Below, in pieces: positions 28,850 to 38,348 of a DNA stretch of 64,000 nt. The notes beneath the pieces are model-generated. The model saw only the letters and a program-made list of their open reading frames with translations, was not told where the DNA came from and made no database searches. Every line of letters starts with the position of its first letter. The first letter of the stretch is position 1. The stretch covers positions 160,001-224,000 of the forward strand of contig CBDCXV010000009.1 of the NCBI GenBank assembly GCA_965223905.1. The letters run 5' to 3'. The DNA is from Candidatus Latescibacterota bacterium (GTDB lineage Bacteria > Latescibacterota > UBA2968 > UBA8231). The position numbers and the translations under genes were made by a program.

Positions 28850-29740
28850 CTACCGGTTCAGCGCATCCAGTGCCGTCGAGAGCCCGAACGCGAGCTGCCG
28901 GCCGGCGGGGAAGTTTCTCCCCCCCAGACTCTGGCGCACCGCCAGCTCGAGGACCGCGTTGCCGGGAAGCGACAGGGTCAGCGCCGGCGCCAGGTAGGTG
29001 ATGCGCTTGATCTGCGTCCTGCTGGGAAAGCCGAAGTCCGTCCCCGTTCGGCCGCGCAACATCTGCAGCTTGAGGGCCAGCCCGATCCTGTCCCCGACGT
29101 CCCCTCCCGCTTCGAGGTCGATCATCCACTCGTCCCCCGGGTCGCGGAGGATCTCCTTGTTTTCGGTGCGCACCCGGTAGCCGACGTCGGCGTTCGCGTA
29201 CAGCGGCAGCGGCCAGAAGGAACGGCCGGCCTGCAGGATGAAGTCGAAGTCCCACTGGCCTTCGCCGACCGGTATCAGGCCGTCCTCGTTGCGGAACTCC
29301 CCCGTCGGCATCTTCACTGCCGTCTTCACAGTGACGACCGCCAGGGTTTGCAACGCCCGCCACTTCGCCAGCAGGCGCAGGTCGCTGAAGCCGCTGTCCC
29401 CCACCGGATCGATGTGGGTGTCGTCGTCGAACTGCTGGTCGAACCAGGGCACCTCCAGGCCGAGATCGAGGCGGTCGCTGGCCCCGAAAAAAACCTCGGC
29501 GAACATCGCCCTCGAGGCGTACTCCCCGTTGAAGCGATACGGCCGCCGGCTCCCGGCCTCGTGCATCCGGCCCGTGAACTCCGGGGCGTTGATGTACCAC
29601 TCCCGGGCGTGCTGCCGGAACCAGGTGACCTTGCCCCAGACGCTGCCGGCCGGAAGCGTCCAGGCGCCGGCTCCGGCCGCGTCGGGAACGAGAATCCCCG
29701 CGACGGCGCACAACGTCACTGCCCACTGCTTCCGAAGCAT
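28850..29740 (-). CDS. Exported probable outer-membrane beta-barrel protein (MetA-pathway/transporter-like)
   Basis: Signal peptide ending AGAGA-WTLP; alternating aromatic beta strands; GFSDLRL and KMPTG motifs. Confidence 0.7.
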   Translation of the reverse strand: MLRKQWAVTLCAVAGILVPDAAGAGAWTLPAGSVWGKVTWFRQHAREWYINAPEFTGRMHEAGSRRPYRFNGEYASRAMFAEVFFGASDRLDLGLEVPWFDQQFDDDTHIDPVGDSGFSDLRLLAKWRALQTLAVVTVKTAVKMPTGEFRNEDGLIPVGEGQWDFDFILQAGRSFWPLPLYANADVGYRVRTENKEILRDPGDEWMIDLEAGGDVGDRIGLALKLQMLRGRTGTDFGFPSRTQIKRITYLAPALTLSLPGNAVLELAVRQSLGGRNFPAGRQLAFGLSTALDALNR

Positions 29741-29921
29741 CGACTCGCGACCTTTCCTGGTTTCGTTTCCGCTACCCACCCTCTTGAAAAAGCGGATTCG
29801 CCATTGCGTCCCCGAGGAATTTCCGCGGCCGGCGCTCGAGCCAAATTGCCCGACCTCGCCGGCACAGCGACTTTTTCATTGCGGCCCGGCGGCACCCGGG
29901 AAAAAACATACCTCCTTTTCC

Positions 29922-31220
29922 ATGCACCTGCTGACCCTCGGACTCAACCACGAAACCGCCCCCGTAGAGACGCGCGAGCAGCTCGCTTTTTCCCCTGCGG
30001 ACCAGACCCAGGTGATGCAGCGTCTCGTCGGCGACTACGGCATCGAGGAGGCCGCGGTGCTGTGCACCTGCAACCGCTCCGAGATTTACGCGGTAAGCGG
30101 CGATCTCCACGGGCTCGACGGGGTGCGCCGGTACCTGTCGAGCGAGCACGACGTCGACCTCGCCGAGCTCTCCCCCTGTCTCTACGAGTTCGCCGACGCC
30201 GACGCCGCCATGCACCTGTTCCGGGTCGCCTGCGGCATCGACTCCCTGGTCACCGGGGAATCGCAGATACTCGGACAGGTGCGCGAGGCCCTGGAGCGGG
30301 CGCAGCAGACGCGAACGGCGCGGCGGTTCATCAACGAGGTGTTTCAGCGCGCCCTGAGGGCGGGGAAGCGGGCGCGGAGCGAAACCGACATCGGGAGCGG
30401 CCGCCTGTCGGTCAGCAGCGCCGCGGTCGAGCTCGCGGGGCAGATCTTCGACCGCCTCGAGGGCCGTTCGGCGTTGCTCCTCGGGGCCGGCGAGATGATA
30501 GAGCTCACGGCCCGTTATCTAGTCGACAGCGGCATCGAGCGGTTCCTGGTCGCCAACAGGACCTTCGAGCGGGCCCGGGAGCTGGCGCGCCGCTTCGGCG
30601 GCGAGGCGGTGCCATTCGCCGACTTCGGCGAGCGCCTCGAGCAGGTCGACATCGTCATTTCCTCGACCGCGGCTCCCGGTTTCGTCATCTCGCCGGAGAT
30701 GATCGACGAGGCGATGCACCGCCGGCGCGGGCGTCCGCTTTTCATGATCGATATCGCCGTGCCCCGCGACGTCGACCCGGCAGTGCGCGACGTCGACAAC
30801 CTCTTCCTGTTCGACATCGACGACCTCGAGGAGGTCGTCAGGGCCAACCGCCGCGAGCGCGAGCAGGAGATCTTCCAGGTGCAGGAGGTCATCGACAGCG
30901 AGCACCGCGAGTTCGTGCACTGGCTCAACGCCCTGGAAACCGGCCCCCTGGTCAAGTCGCTGCGGCGCCACGCCGACGACCTGCGCCGACAGGAGCTCGA
31001 CCGCTGGATGGCCAAGCTCTCCCACCTGTCCGACGAGGATCGCGAAACCGTGGAGGCGGCCCTGCGCGGTTACGCCAACAAGCTGCTTCATCATCCCATG
31101 GTGGAGATCCGCAACCTCGCCGGCGAGGAGGACGGGTACGTCCGTCTCGAGACCGTGCGGCGCCTGTTCGGGCTCGACCGCATGGAGGGGGAGGATCCCG
31201 GCGGAGGGAAGGACCCGTGA
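29922..31220 (+). CDS. hemA: Glutamyl-tRNA reductase
   Basis: GLNHETAP, CTCNRSE, GESQILGQV, GAGEM, ANRT and DIAVPRDVD motifs; start trimmed to MHLLTLG. Confidence 0.96.
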   Translation: MHLLTLGLNHETAPVETREQLAFSPADQTQVMQRLVGDYGIEEAAVLCTCNRSEIYAVSGDLHGLDGVRRYLSSEHDVDLAELSPCLYEFADADAAMHLFRVACGIDSLVTGESQILGQVREALERAQQTRTARRFINEVFQRALRAGKRARSETDIGSGRLSVSSAAVELAGQIFDRLEGRSALLLGAGEMIELTARYLVDSGIERFLVANRTFERARELARRFGGEAVPFADFGERLEQVDIVISSTAAPGFVISPEMIDEAMHRRRGRPLFMIDIAVPRDVDPAVRDVDNLFLFDIDDLEEVVRANRREREQEIFQVQEVIDSEHREFVHWLNALETGPLVKSLRRHADDLRRQELDRWMAKLSHLSDEDRETVEAALRGYANKLLHHPMVEIRNLAGEEDGYVRLETVRRLFGLDRMEGEDPGGGKDP

Positions 31221-32035
31221 CCGCGGCCTGCCTCCTCTTTCTCGGGGTGTCGCTCTGTTGCTACCTGGCCGCGGCCTTCCTGTATCACGTCCGGCTGTTC
31301 TTCAACAAGCCGCACCTGGACCGCTGGGGGCGAAATGGGTTGCTGCTGGGGGTGGCCGTCCACGCCGCGGGGGTGATCCTCCACCTGCTCCTGTCGGGGC
31401 AGCCCCCCTTTTCCAGCATGCTGCTGGTGGTTTCGCTGCTGATCATCCCCTTCGTGGGAGCCGGCCTGGCCGTCGAGGAGTTCACGCGCGTTCGCCATCT
31501 CGGCCTGCTGCTGGCCCCGCTGGCCTTTCTCGGCCTGCTCTACCCGCTGCTGATGCCGGTGCAGTTCGACGAGGCCGAGTCGATGCTCCTGCGCTTCCCC
31601 TGGCTCGGCGTTCACGTCCTCGTCACCCTGCTGGGGAACGCTGGCTTCGCCCTCGCCTTCTGCACCGCGGCGATCTATCTCATTCAGTCCCGGCAGCTGA
31701 AGAGGGGCCGCCTCAATCGCTATCTGCCGGCCCTGGACACCGCAGGACGGATCACCGACTACGCGGTCGGATACGGCTTCTTCCTGTTTTCGGCAGGGCT
31801 GGCGATGGGCCTGGTCTGGCTGCTCGGGGCGCCGGGGGAATTCCTCGGGCGGGGGGACCCGAAGATCCTGATGGCCGTGCCGACCTGGCTCGCGTACGCC
31901 GCCTACCTGTACCTGCGCGGCGTCCGCGGCGAGTACGGGAGCCGCCTGAAATGGCTGGTGATCGCCGGGTTTCTGTTCGTCGTCGCCAATCTGCTCGGCG
32001 TGCGCCACGACTTCGCGGTGAACGCGACCCTGTAA
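31217..32035 (+). CDS. ccsA: Cytochrome c assembly protein, CcsA/HemX-like
   Basis: GTG overlapping the hemA stop (GTGA); about 8 TM helices; WLGVHV, LPALDT, DPKI and terminal RHDF motifs. Confidence 0.8.
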   Translation: MTAACLLFLGVSLCCYLAAAFLYHVRLFFNKPHLDRWGRNGLLLGVAVHAAGVILHLLLSGQPPFSSMLLVVSLLIIPFVGAGLAVEEFTRVRHLGLLLAPLAFLGLLYPLLMPVQFDEAESMLLRFPWLGVHVLVTLLGNAGFALAFCTAAIYLIQSRQLKRGRLNRYLPALDTAGRITDYAVGYGFFLFSAGLAMGLVWLLGAPGEFLGRGDPKILMAVPTWLAYAAYLYLRGVRGEYGSRLKWLVIAGFLFVVANLLGVRHDFAVNATL

Positions 32036-32161
32036 CGGTTCCCGGGGCCGGTACCTGGCCCCGAAATACCGTGGATCTCCGATATTTCGCAGGAGGGTAT
32101 TTTTTCGCGGCCTCCCCCGGATTGCAGGGACACTTGGGAGTTTTCTTAGTAACATGCTGTT

Positions 32162-32174
32162 TTTCAACGGTTTG
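32162..32174 (+). promoter_or_regulatory. IHF-like binding site
   Basis: TTTCAACGGTTTG, one mismatch from WATCAANNNNTTR, in an AT-rich tract about 30 bp upstream of the sigma54 site. Confidence 0.5.
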
Positions 32175-32204
32175 TATCACCATAACAACGATGGGCAAGG
32201 GCGC

Positions 32205-32220
32205 TGGCACACCGGTTGCA
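32205..32220 (+). promoter_or_regulatory. sigma54 (-24/-12) promoter
   Basis: TGGCAC-ACCGG-TTGCA, an exact match to TGGCAC-N5-TTGCW. Confidence 0.8.
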
Positions 32221-32277
32221 ATACCCGGGGCAGTCAACCCAGCGATTCGGAGAATCGCAAACCAAAGGAGACGCACC

Positions 32278-32376
32278 ATGAACGCTCGTTACTTCGCATC
32301 CGGAATCGCCCTCTTCGTCGTCAGCGTCACCTGGGTGTTCGGCGCTTTCCACTACGTCGCCAGCATCACGGCATAG
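32278..32376 (+). CDS. 32-aa single-pass membrane small protein MNARYFASGIALFVVSVTWVFGAFHYVASITA
   Basis: AAAGGAG RBS 7 nt before ATG; third positions mostly C/G; one hydrophobic helix; flanked by promoter and terminator. Confidence 0.75.
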   Translation: MNARYFASGIALFVVSVTWVFGAFHYVASITA

Positions 32377-32400
32377 CGGCAGCGTCCAGGAGGAAACCGC

Positions 32401-32448
32401 AAAGCGCCCGGTTCCTGGAGAAAGGTCTCAGGCACCGGGCGCTTTTTT
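32401..32448 (+). terminator. Intrinsic terminator
   Basis: AAAGCGCCCGGT...ACCGGGCGCTTTTTT. Confidence 0.8.
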
Positions 32449-32713
32449 GCGCTCGCCAACGGGTCAGATCGGGTTCCGTCTTCGCTCTCGTGCTTGACAA
32501 CCGCCATTCTCCAAGGGGGCCCTCAATACCGTCCTCGACAGGTTGAGGAAGGCCGCCCGTGCAGTTTCCCTGCGCGCCGATCTACTATCGGACCGGGCGG
32601 CTGGCGTGTTGTCGGAGGTGGAAGAAGCGTGGGTGAACGCGAAGCCGCAGAGGGTGCGACCTTATTCAAACGGTGGGCGACCGGCGATCCTTTCCGGCAC
32701 GGCGTACCCTTCG

Positions 32714-34831
32714 TTACAAGCTCCTCTCGATCGCCGCTGCAATCTCGTCCGTATCGTTAACTCCAATCCCGGACAGGCGCTTCAAAATCAGGCCCTGGGA
32801 GTCGACGAGGAAGTAGGAAGGCAAGGCTCTCACGCTGTATGCCCTGGCTACCTCCGAGCCCCAGCCTTCGGCGCGAACGTGCACGCCTTCGATCTCGTGC
32901 TTTTCAATCGCCTTTCGCCGGGCCGCATCGTCCTCGTCCAGCGACAGGTTGAGAAAGACGACCGGCTGGGCGGCCGTCCTTTCCTTGATCTTGCGGAGAT
33001 GGGGCAGGTCGCTGATACAGGGCCCGCACCAGCTCGCCCAGAAATCGAGCAGGATCACCTTGCCCTTGAACTGGCTCAGCCACACCGGCTCCCCGTCGAG
33101 ATCGTGGAGGGTGAATTCCGGAGCCGGTTGCCCGGGTTGCAGCTTGAGGGCGTCGTTAAGGGCGGCCTGGACCGCCTCGGTGTATTCCGGGTAGGGGTTG
33201 ATCTCCTCGAAGTCCTCCCATTTACGGAGGGCCAAGGCAAACGCTTCGCTTCCCTGCCTGAATCCCTCGATCAGCTCTCCGGCCAGAAACCAGTAGAGCA
33301 CCCGCCCTTCCAGTTTATGCTTGGCGAGATCGTACCTGTTTGAAAAACTCCATGTCCGGACTACCTGCCCGGAAGTATAGATCGAGTCGAGTTGGGCCTG
33401 CACTGCTTCCGACAAACCCAGGACAGACAGATCGATCGTCGCGGACAACCGGAGCGGTTGGCGGTTTTCGTACATCGAGTCGAGCTGGGCACGAGCCGGT
33501 TCTGACAGCCAGGGTAGATTGAGTTTCTCGGATAGCCTGGGCTCTTTGGTCAGGGAATCCATCGGTATTTCCAGTGGGGTGTAGAAGGCCAGGTTTCCGC
33601 CCGTGGTATCCACCCTGGGTTCTTCAATCCCAGTTGAAGTGGTGAAACTGTAGGATCTGGACTTTTGGTAGAGGGAATCGAGCTGGGCCTGGGCGGTCTC
33701 CGAAAGACCAAACACGGATAAATCGAACTGCTGGGAGAGCTTGGGATGCCTTTTCTTTTCGTACATCGAGTCGAGCCGGGCCTGGGCAGATTGCAACAAA
33801 CCAACCGCTGACAGATCGATCATTTTCGACAGCCTGGGCCGTCGACCGTCCTTATCGAACAGGGAGTCGAGCTGGGCCCGGGTCTTCTCCGACAACTTTA
33901 AATCCGATAGATCGAATATTTCGGAGAACCTGGGCGCCCTGGGTGGTACGGGTATCTTGTCCAACTCCCCGTGATCTCTGGGCGGGCGGCCGATAGCTCC
34001 CTTTGACCGCCTGGGTGGTCTGTCCAGCTCTTCCAACTCCCAGTCCAAGGTCCGCACCAGAAAGGTGTGATAGTCCATCGTGTCAATTGCCTTCTCATCG
34101 ACCAGGGGGATTTCCTGGAGAAAGTCGAAGTGCTCTGGGGGGATATCCCTGTTCTCGTGGCCGTTGGCAAAGAGGTACTCCGTCGGGTAGGAAATCATGC
34201 GCATGGCCCAATCGTAGTTGAAGTCGGCCGTCGCATAGTCGATGAAACCCGGAGACAGCGAGTATTTCTCGCGCCCCTCGGACAGGAACTCGAGCTGCTC
34301 CCGACGCCGCTGGTCTACCTGTCGCTTGAAGTCCTCGACCTCCAGATCCTCGTAGTCTAGGCGAAAATGGAGGAAGCGCGGAATCCACTCGGAAATGAAG
34401 CGGCTGTTGTCGGCGTTGGGACCGCTGAACGAGTAGGAGGGGCCGAAATAGCCGGTGTCGATCGTGATGTGCAGACTGTCCTGGGGCTCGACGAAGAAGA
34501 CGAGGGGATTGCTCTCGAAGAGGAAGGACCCTATCCAGCGAACCCATTTCCATCCGGGTTGGCCGCTGTCGAAATACCCCATGACCAGAGTGCCCCGGCT
34601 GACGGGCAGCTCAAAAGCGAAGCGGTTCAGGCTGTCGAGAGCGACGCGCTCTTCGGAGCTGCCCAGGCCGGACGGCGGCCTGAAGCTGAAGGCGACTTCC
34701 CGCGAGGCCGGGTTGCGGACTTCCCCGGTGATGATCGCGACTGATGGCTTGCTCTGGGCGCCTTCCGCTGCCAGGCAGGTGCTCGACGCAATCAGTGCGG
34801 CAACTAGCAAACTGCAGAATCGGTGGGCCAT
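32714..34831 (-). CDS. Exported TlpA-family disulfide reductase with long N-terminal region and repeat insert
   Basis: Signal peptide; C-terminal GQPAPEFTL...KGKVILLDFWASWCGPC...LPSYFLVDSQG. Confidence 0.88.
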   Translation of the reverse strand: MAHRFCSLLVAALIASSTCLAAEGAQSKPSVAIITGEVRNPASREVAFSFRPPSGLGSSEERVALDSLNRFAFELPVSRGTLVMGYFDSGQPGWKWVRWIGSFLFESNPLVFFVEPQDSLHITIDTGYFGPSYSFSGPNADNSRFISEWIPRFLHFRLDYEDLEVEDFKRQVDQRRREQLEFLSEGREKYSLSPGFIDYATADFNYDWAMRMISYPTEYLFANGHENRDIPPEHFDFLQEIPLVDEKAIDTMDYHTFLVRTLDWELEELDRPPRRSKGAIGRPPRDHGELDKIPVPPRAPRFSEIFDLSDLKLSEKTRAQLDSLFDKDGRRPRLSKMIDLSAVGLLQSAQARLDSMYEKKRHPKLSQQFDLSVFGLSETAQAQLDSLYQKSRSYSFTTSTGIEEPRVDTTGGNLAFYTPLEIPMDSLTKEPRLSEKLNLPWLSEPARAQLDSMYENRQPLRLSATIDLSVLGLSEAVQAQLDSIYTSGQVVRTWSFSNRYDLAKHKLEGRVLYWFLAGELIEGFRQGSEAFALALRKWEDFEEINPYPEYTEAVQAALNDALKLQPGQPAPEFTLHDLDGEPVWLSQFKGKVILLDFWASWCGPCISDLPHLRKIKERTAAQPVVFLNLSLDEDDAARRKAIEKHEIEGVHVRAEGWGSEVARAYSVRALPSYFLVDSQGLILKRLSGIGVNDTDEIAAAIERSL
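33368..33931 (-). repeat. Five copies of a ~31-aa intragenic repeat
   Basis: RFSEIFDLSDLKLSEKTRAQLDSLF / RLSKMIDLSAVGLLQSAQARLDSMY / KLSQQFDLSVFGLSETAQAQLDSLY / RLSEKLNLPWLSEPARAQLDSMY / RLSATIDLSVLGLSEAVQAQLDSIY. Confidence 0.85.
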
Positions 34832-35280
34832 GGGGAGTTCTCCGGACCAGATCAGGTCGATGCGACGGGGAGTAGCTTACTGGCGGGCACCAGGAAGGGG
34901 CTGAGGCCTTCGTTACCGCGGGGTTCTTCTATTCCCTTCTATAAACCGGCTGGATCGAAAGCAGCTGAAAAAGAAGCTGCCCCCCGGCGGCCCAGTGGTG
35001 GTGAAGGTCGTTTTGCAGGGAGGCCGGGCAACCGGCCGGGATGGTGGTCAGCACATGCGGGAGCCCGAATCTGCTGCGCCGCGGCTCTCAGGGTCCGTAC
35101 TTTTCGACAGGCTCCCCACTTTATGGCCGCTACTTCCGGTTACGGCGTCCTGCTTGTCGGATACGAAGCCAGCAGACACCACAGACAAAAGACATGAAGC
35201 GCAAGCCAGGTTGCTGAAGTGATTCATAATGGCGCGGCGGTCCAGTGTCAGCAGTATAGGGCATTGTCAAGGGGTTCTCT

Positions 35281-37452
35281 TCAGTCGTTCTGCAGGGCCT
35301 TGAAGACGACCAGGTGGTTTTTCATGACCGCACAGATGTGATCGGCCACAGGAATCAAGGTGCTGTGCATGGACACCCGGTAGGGAACAGGGGCAGGCGG
35401 TGATTCAAGAGGAGCAAGAGGTCCGGATAGTTCGGCAAGGTCGCCCAGATCTCCTACCTCAACCCTAAGGTTCATCAGGGTCAGCGGTCGCACCAAAGGG
35501 TTACGTGAATCTCCGAACCCGTCTCCAAGGTGCAGGGTTTCCCGCGGTAACAAGGCGCCGTACCGGGCGACGTCATAGGCCGTGATCCTGTCCTGTGACA
35601 GGGAGTAGACAAAGTCCCCGTACAGGGTCAGTTCAAAGGCGGAAGATTCCCCAGGGATAGATTCCCCAGGAAAAAAATCAATCTCCTCCGGTCGCCGCGG
35701 ATCGCCAATGTCGAGCACGGCCAGCTCCCGGGGCCAGTAGCGCTGGACGTACGCCCTGTCGCCGATCAGAGAAATGGGCCCCAATGCCTCCGGCACGGCA
35801 ATTCGAAAAAAGTACTGCCAGTCTCCAGTCCGCCGGTGGTGCTTCATGAGGAACAGGTGCGGCCCTATCTTTTCCAGGTGCGAGGCAATTTCGGCTGGCA
35901 TTTGAGACAGCTGGAGATGGAATTCTTCGATCAGCTCTTCATACTGCCTGGAGCGTCCGAAGCGCCGCAGGGGAGTCCGGCTCAGCTCTTTCATACCGGC
36001 GGGGTCGGTCAGATCGAGGACGACGAAGTCGTGGCCCAAGGTCAGAAAGGCGTGCATGCCGGCAAAGCGTATTTCCCAGTAGTTGTTCCAGACATGATTG
36101 ATTCGCTCTTCGATCCGCAGCACGTGGACGGGTTGGGGCAGACCTCCTTCCCGCACGTCGAAGCTGTGCAGCTCCAGGAACTCGCTGTTGAGCATGCCGG
36201 CGTACAGAAACCCCTCCCGGACGGCCCACCCCACTAGTTCCGGAGTGTGCTTCAGCCAGGGGGTAGGGCCCGCCTCGATGGGATAGAGGAAGCGCTGCGC
36301 TTGCAGTTGGGGGAGCTCGGGCAGGCTGATGTCGAATACCGCCACCCCCACGCTGTCCTGCACTTCGGCCGATCCCCAGGCGTAGGCCTTGGAGCCTGAC
36401 AGGGCGAGCCGCCAGAGCCGCCAGCCTGCGATTTCCGCCCGTCCGATCTCTCTCGGTGCCCGCCAGTCCGCCACGTCTACGACGCTCACTCCATTCTCCA
36501 GCAGCACAACCGCCAACCTGTCTTTCAGCGCAAGGTCTGCGATTTTTATTTCATAGGGCACCCGAACCACCGGCTCGACAGGGTCTTCCGTGGGAGGAGA
36601 GTGCATCGTGGGAGGAGAGTGCATTTTTCCGACCGTGATGACGCCGAAACTCACCAGGACGAGCGAACTCATAACCCAGTGGAACAGCCTGTTCACCGGC
36701 GCCCGCAAACCCTTGCGAACCCACAGGAGCACACCAGCGGCCAGCATGAGGGCACCCACCGTCCTGGCCAACAGCAGCGATGGGTCGAAGGCCTGGCGCA
36801 GGATCCCCGCCTTCCAGTCCAGATCAGTTTCGAAAACCAGCGTGATATAGTACCAAGCTGCATCAGAAAGGAGTTGTGCTGAGATTCCCAGAAAAAAGAA
36901 GCCGGCCCAGGCCACCATCAGGCCTGTCACCGCTGCCTTGAGAGGCGAGTCGCTCAGGGTCGACGCCAGAAACACCGCGGCGTACACAGCCATGTAGAGA
37001 AAAAACCAGAGCAGCAGTATGCGGCCGTACCCGACATCCGTCAGGATCTCTTCCTGATATGGAGGCCGGAAGGCTCCCGGGTCCCAGAAAAAGCCCCAGA
37101 GGAAGTTCGTATTTCCCCATTCCGGCATTCCGAGGTACACCCCGGCCCAGTACGCGGCCAGTACCGCCAGCAGCCCTGCCGCCCCGACCGCGAACTTCGC
37201 TGCCAGCAGCCGTCCAGGAGACAGCGGCCGGCTCAACAGAAAGGACAACGTCCCCCGGCTTCGCTCCCCGGCCACCAGGTCCGTGCCCATCAGCACCGCA
37301 CCGAAAACTCCTGCCAGATGGCAAACTGTTTTTATCGAGAAGTCCGGATCGATATGGCCCAACCCGAGGAGCAGAGCCACGCAGGAGCCGGCGCCGATCT
37401 TGAAGGCCGCTTCCCGCCCTTCCTTCCACAGCAGAGCTCGTACCGGATTCAT
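35281..37452 (-). CDS. ABC-2 type permease fused to an LVIVD-repeat-like extracytoplasmic domain
   Basis: MNPVRALLWKEGRE start; GERSRGTLSFLLSRPLS...KF motif; TM block; then VSVVDVAD, VAVFDISLP, FVVLDLTDP and LAVLDIGDP blades. Confidence 0.8.
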   Translation of the reverse strand: MNPVRALLWKEGREAAFKIGAGSCVALLLGLGHIDPDFSIKTVCHLAGVFGAVLMGTDLVAGERSRGTLSFLLSRPLSPGRLLAAKFAVGAAGLLAVLAAYWAGVYLGMPEWGNTNFLWGFFWDPGAFRPPYQEEILTDVGYGRILLLWFFLYMAVYAAVFLASTLSDSPLKAAVTGLMVAWAGFFFLGISAQLLSDAAWYYITLVFETDLDWKAGILRQAFDPSLLLARTVGALMLAAGVLLWVRKGLRAPVNRLFHWVMSSLVLVSFGVITVGKMHSPPTMHSPPTEDPVEPVVRVPYEIKIADLALKDRLAVVLLENGVSVVDVADWRAPREIGRAEIAGWRLWRLALSGSKAYAWGSAEVQDSVGVAVFDISLPELPQLQAQRFLYPIEAGPTPWLKHTPELVGWAVREGFLYAGMLNSEFLELHSFDVREGGLPQPVHVLRIEERINHVWNNYWEIRFAGMHAFLTLGHDFVVLDLTDPAGMKELSRTPLRRFGRSRQYEELIEEFHLQLSQMPAEIASHLEKIGPHLFLMKHHRRTGDWQYFFRIAVPEALGPISLIGDRAYVQRYWPRELAVLDIGDPRRPEEIDFFPGESIPGESSAFELTLYGDFVYSLSQDRITAYDVARYGALLPRETLHLGDGFGDSRNPLVRPLTLMNLRVEVGDLGDLAELSGPLAPLESPPAPVPYRVSMHSTLIPVADHICAVMKNHLVVFKALQND
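36589..36624. repeat. Perfect 18-bp tandem duplication (MHSPPT x2)
   Basis: (CGTGGGAGGAGAGTGCAT)x2 at the junction between the TM block and the soluble domain. Confidence 0.9.
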
Positions 37453-38348
37453 ACCCCTCCTCCTCCGGCGGCGTGAACGTATGCCACGAAAGCATCCTCG
37501 AGCCCCAGGTCTTCCACCCCGGCGATGCGCCCGCTCTGCGCCTCGATCAGGGCGGCCTGTTCCCCGCCGTACCCCACCACCGTCAACAGCCGCTGCGCCC
37601 CGGTTCCCTGCACCTCCCGCAATCCGGGGATTCCGGTCAGTGGACCGGCGCCATCCGGCATGCGCACCGCCACCCGCTTGACCGACTGCTTCACGTCGTC
37701 CACCGGCCCTTCCGCCACCAGGCGGCCCTGCTCGATGATGGCGACCCGGTCGGCGACCCGCTCCACCTCGTGCACGAGGTGCGACGACAGGAAGACGGTG
37801 CGCCCCTCCTCCTGGATGAGCCCGATGATGCTCTCGAGGAAATCGCGCCGGACCACCACGTCGAGCCCGGAGGCCGGCTCGTCGAGGATCAGCAGGCGCG
37901 GCTCGTGCCCCAGGGCCAGGGCGAGGGCGAGCTGGGCGTTCATGCCGCGGGAGAGGTGCTTGACCTTCTGCTCCGGGTCCAGGCCGAAGCGCTCGATGAG
38001 CTCCTCGACTTTGCCGGTATTCCAGGTGGCGTAAAACTGGCCGGTGAACCAGGCCAGCTCGCGCACCTTCATCCACCCGTACATGACCGGGTTCTCCGCC
38101 ACGTAGCCCACCTGCCGGCGCAGCGACAGCGAGTCCTGCGCCGGGTCGAGCCCGAGCACTTCCACCTGCCCGGCCGTGGGGGTGAGCAGGTTCATCAGGA
38201 TCCGGATGGTCGTGGTCTTGCCGGCCCCGTTGCGCCCGAGGAACCCGCAGACCGCGCCTGTGGGCACCTTCAGGTCGAGGTCCTCCACGGCGGCGCGCTT
38301 GCCGAAGCGGTGAGTCAGACCTGCCATGGCGATCGCCGTATCAGTCAT
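37449..38348 (-). CDS. ABC transporter ATP-binding protein (YtrB-like)
   Basis: GRNGAGKTT, LSRGM, LILDEP and SSH motifs. Confidence 0.95.
   Translation of the reverse strand: MTDTAIAMAGLTHRFGKRAAVEDLDLKVPTGAVCGFLGRNGAGKTTTIRILMNLLTPTAGQVEVLGLDPAQDSLSLRRQVGYVAENPVMYGWMKVRELAWFTGQFYATWNTGKVEELIERFGLDPEQKVKHLSRGMNAQLALALALGHEPRLLILDEPASGLDVVVRRDFLESIIGLIQEEGRTVFLSSHLVHEVERVADRVAIIEQGRLVAEGPVDDVKQSVKRVAVRMPDGAGPLTGIPGLREVQGTGAQRLLTVVGYGGEQAALIEAQSGRIAGVEDLGLEDAFVAYVHAAGGGGV

Noticed and set aside
29772-29910. Minus-strand short ORF after GGAGGT upstream of the beta-barrel gene
   Set aside because: ATG directly abuts the SD-like motif, too close for initiation; no coding features.
32494-32601. 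TTGACA followed by a three-way junction (32552-32601)
   Set aside because: No -10 element at the right spacing, no recognised family; GC-rich pairing may be chance.
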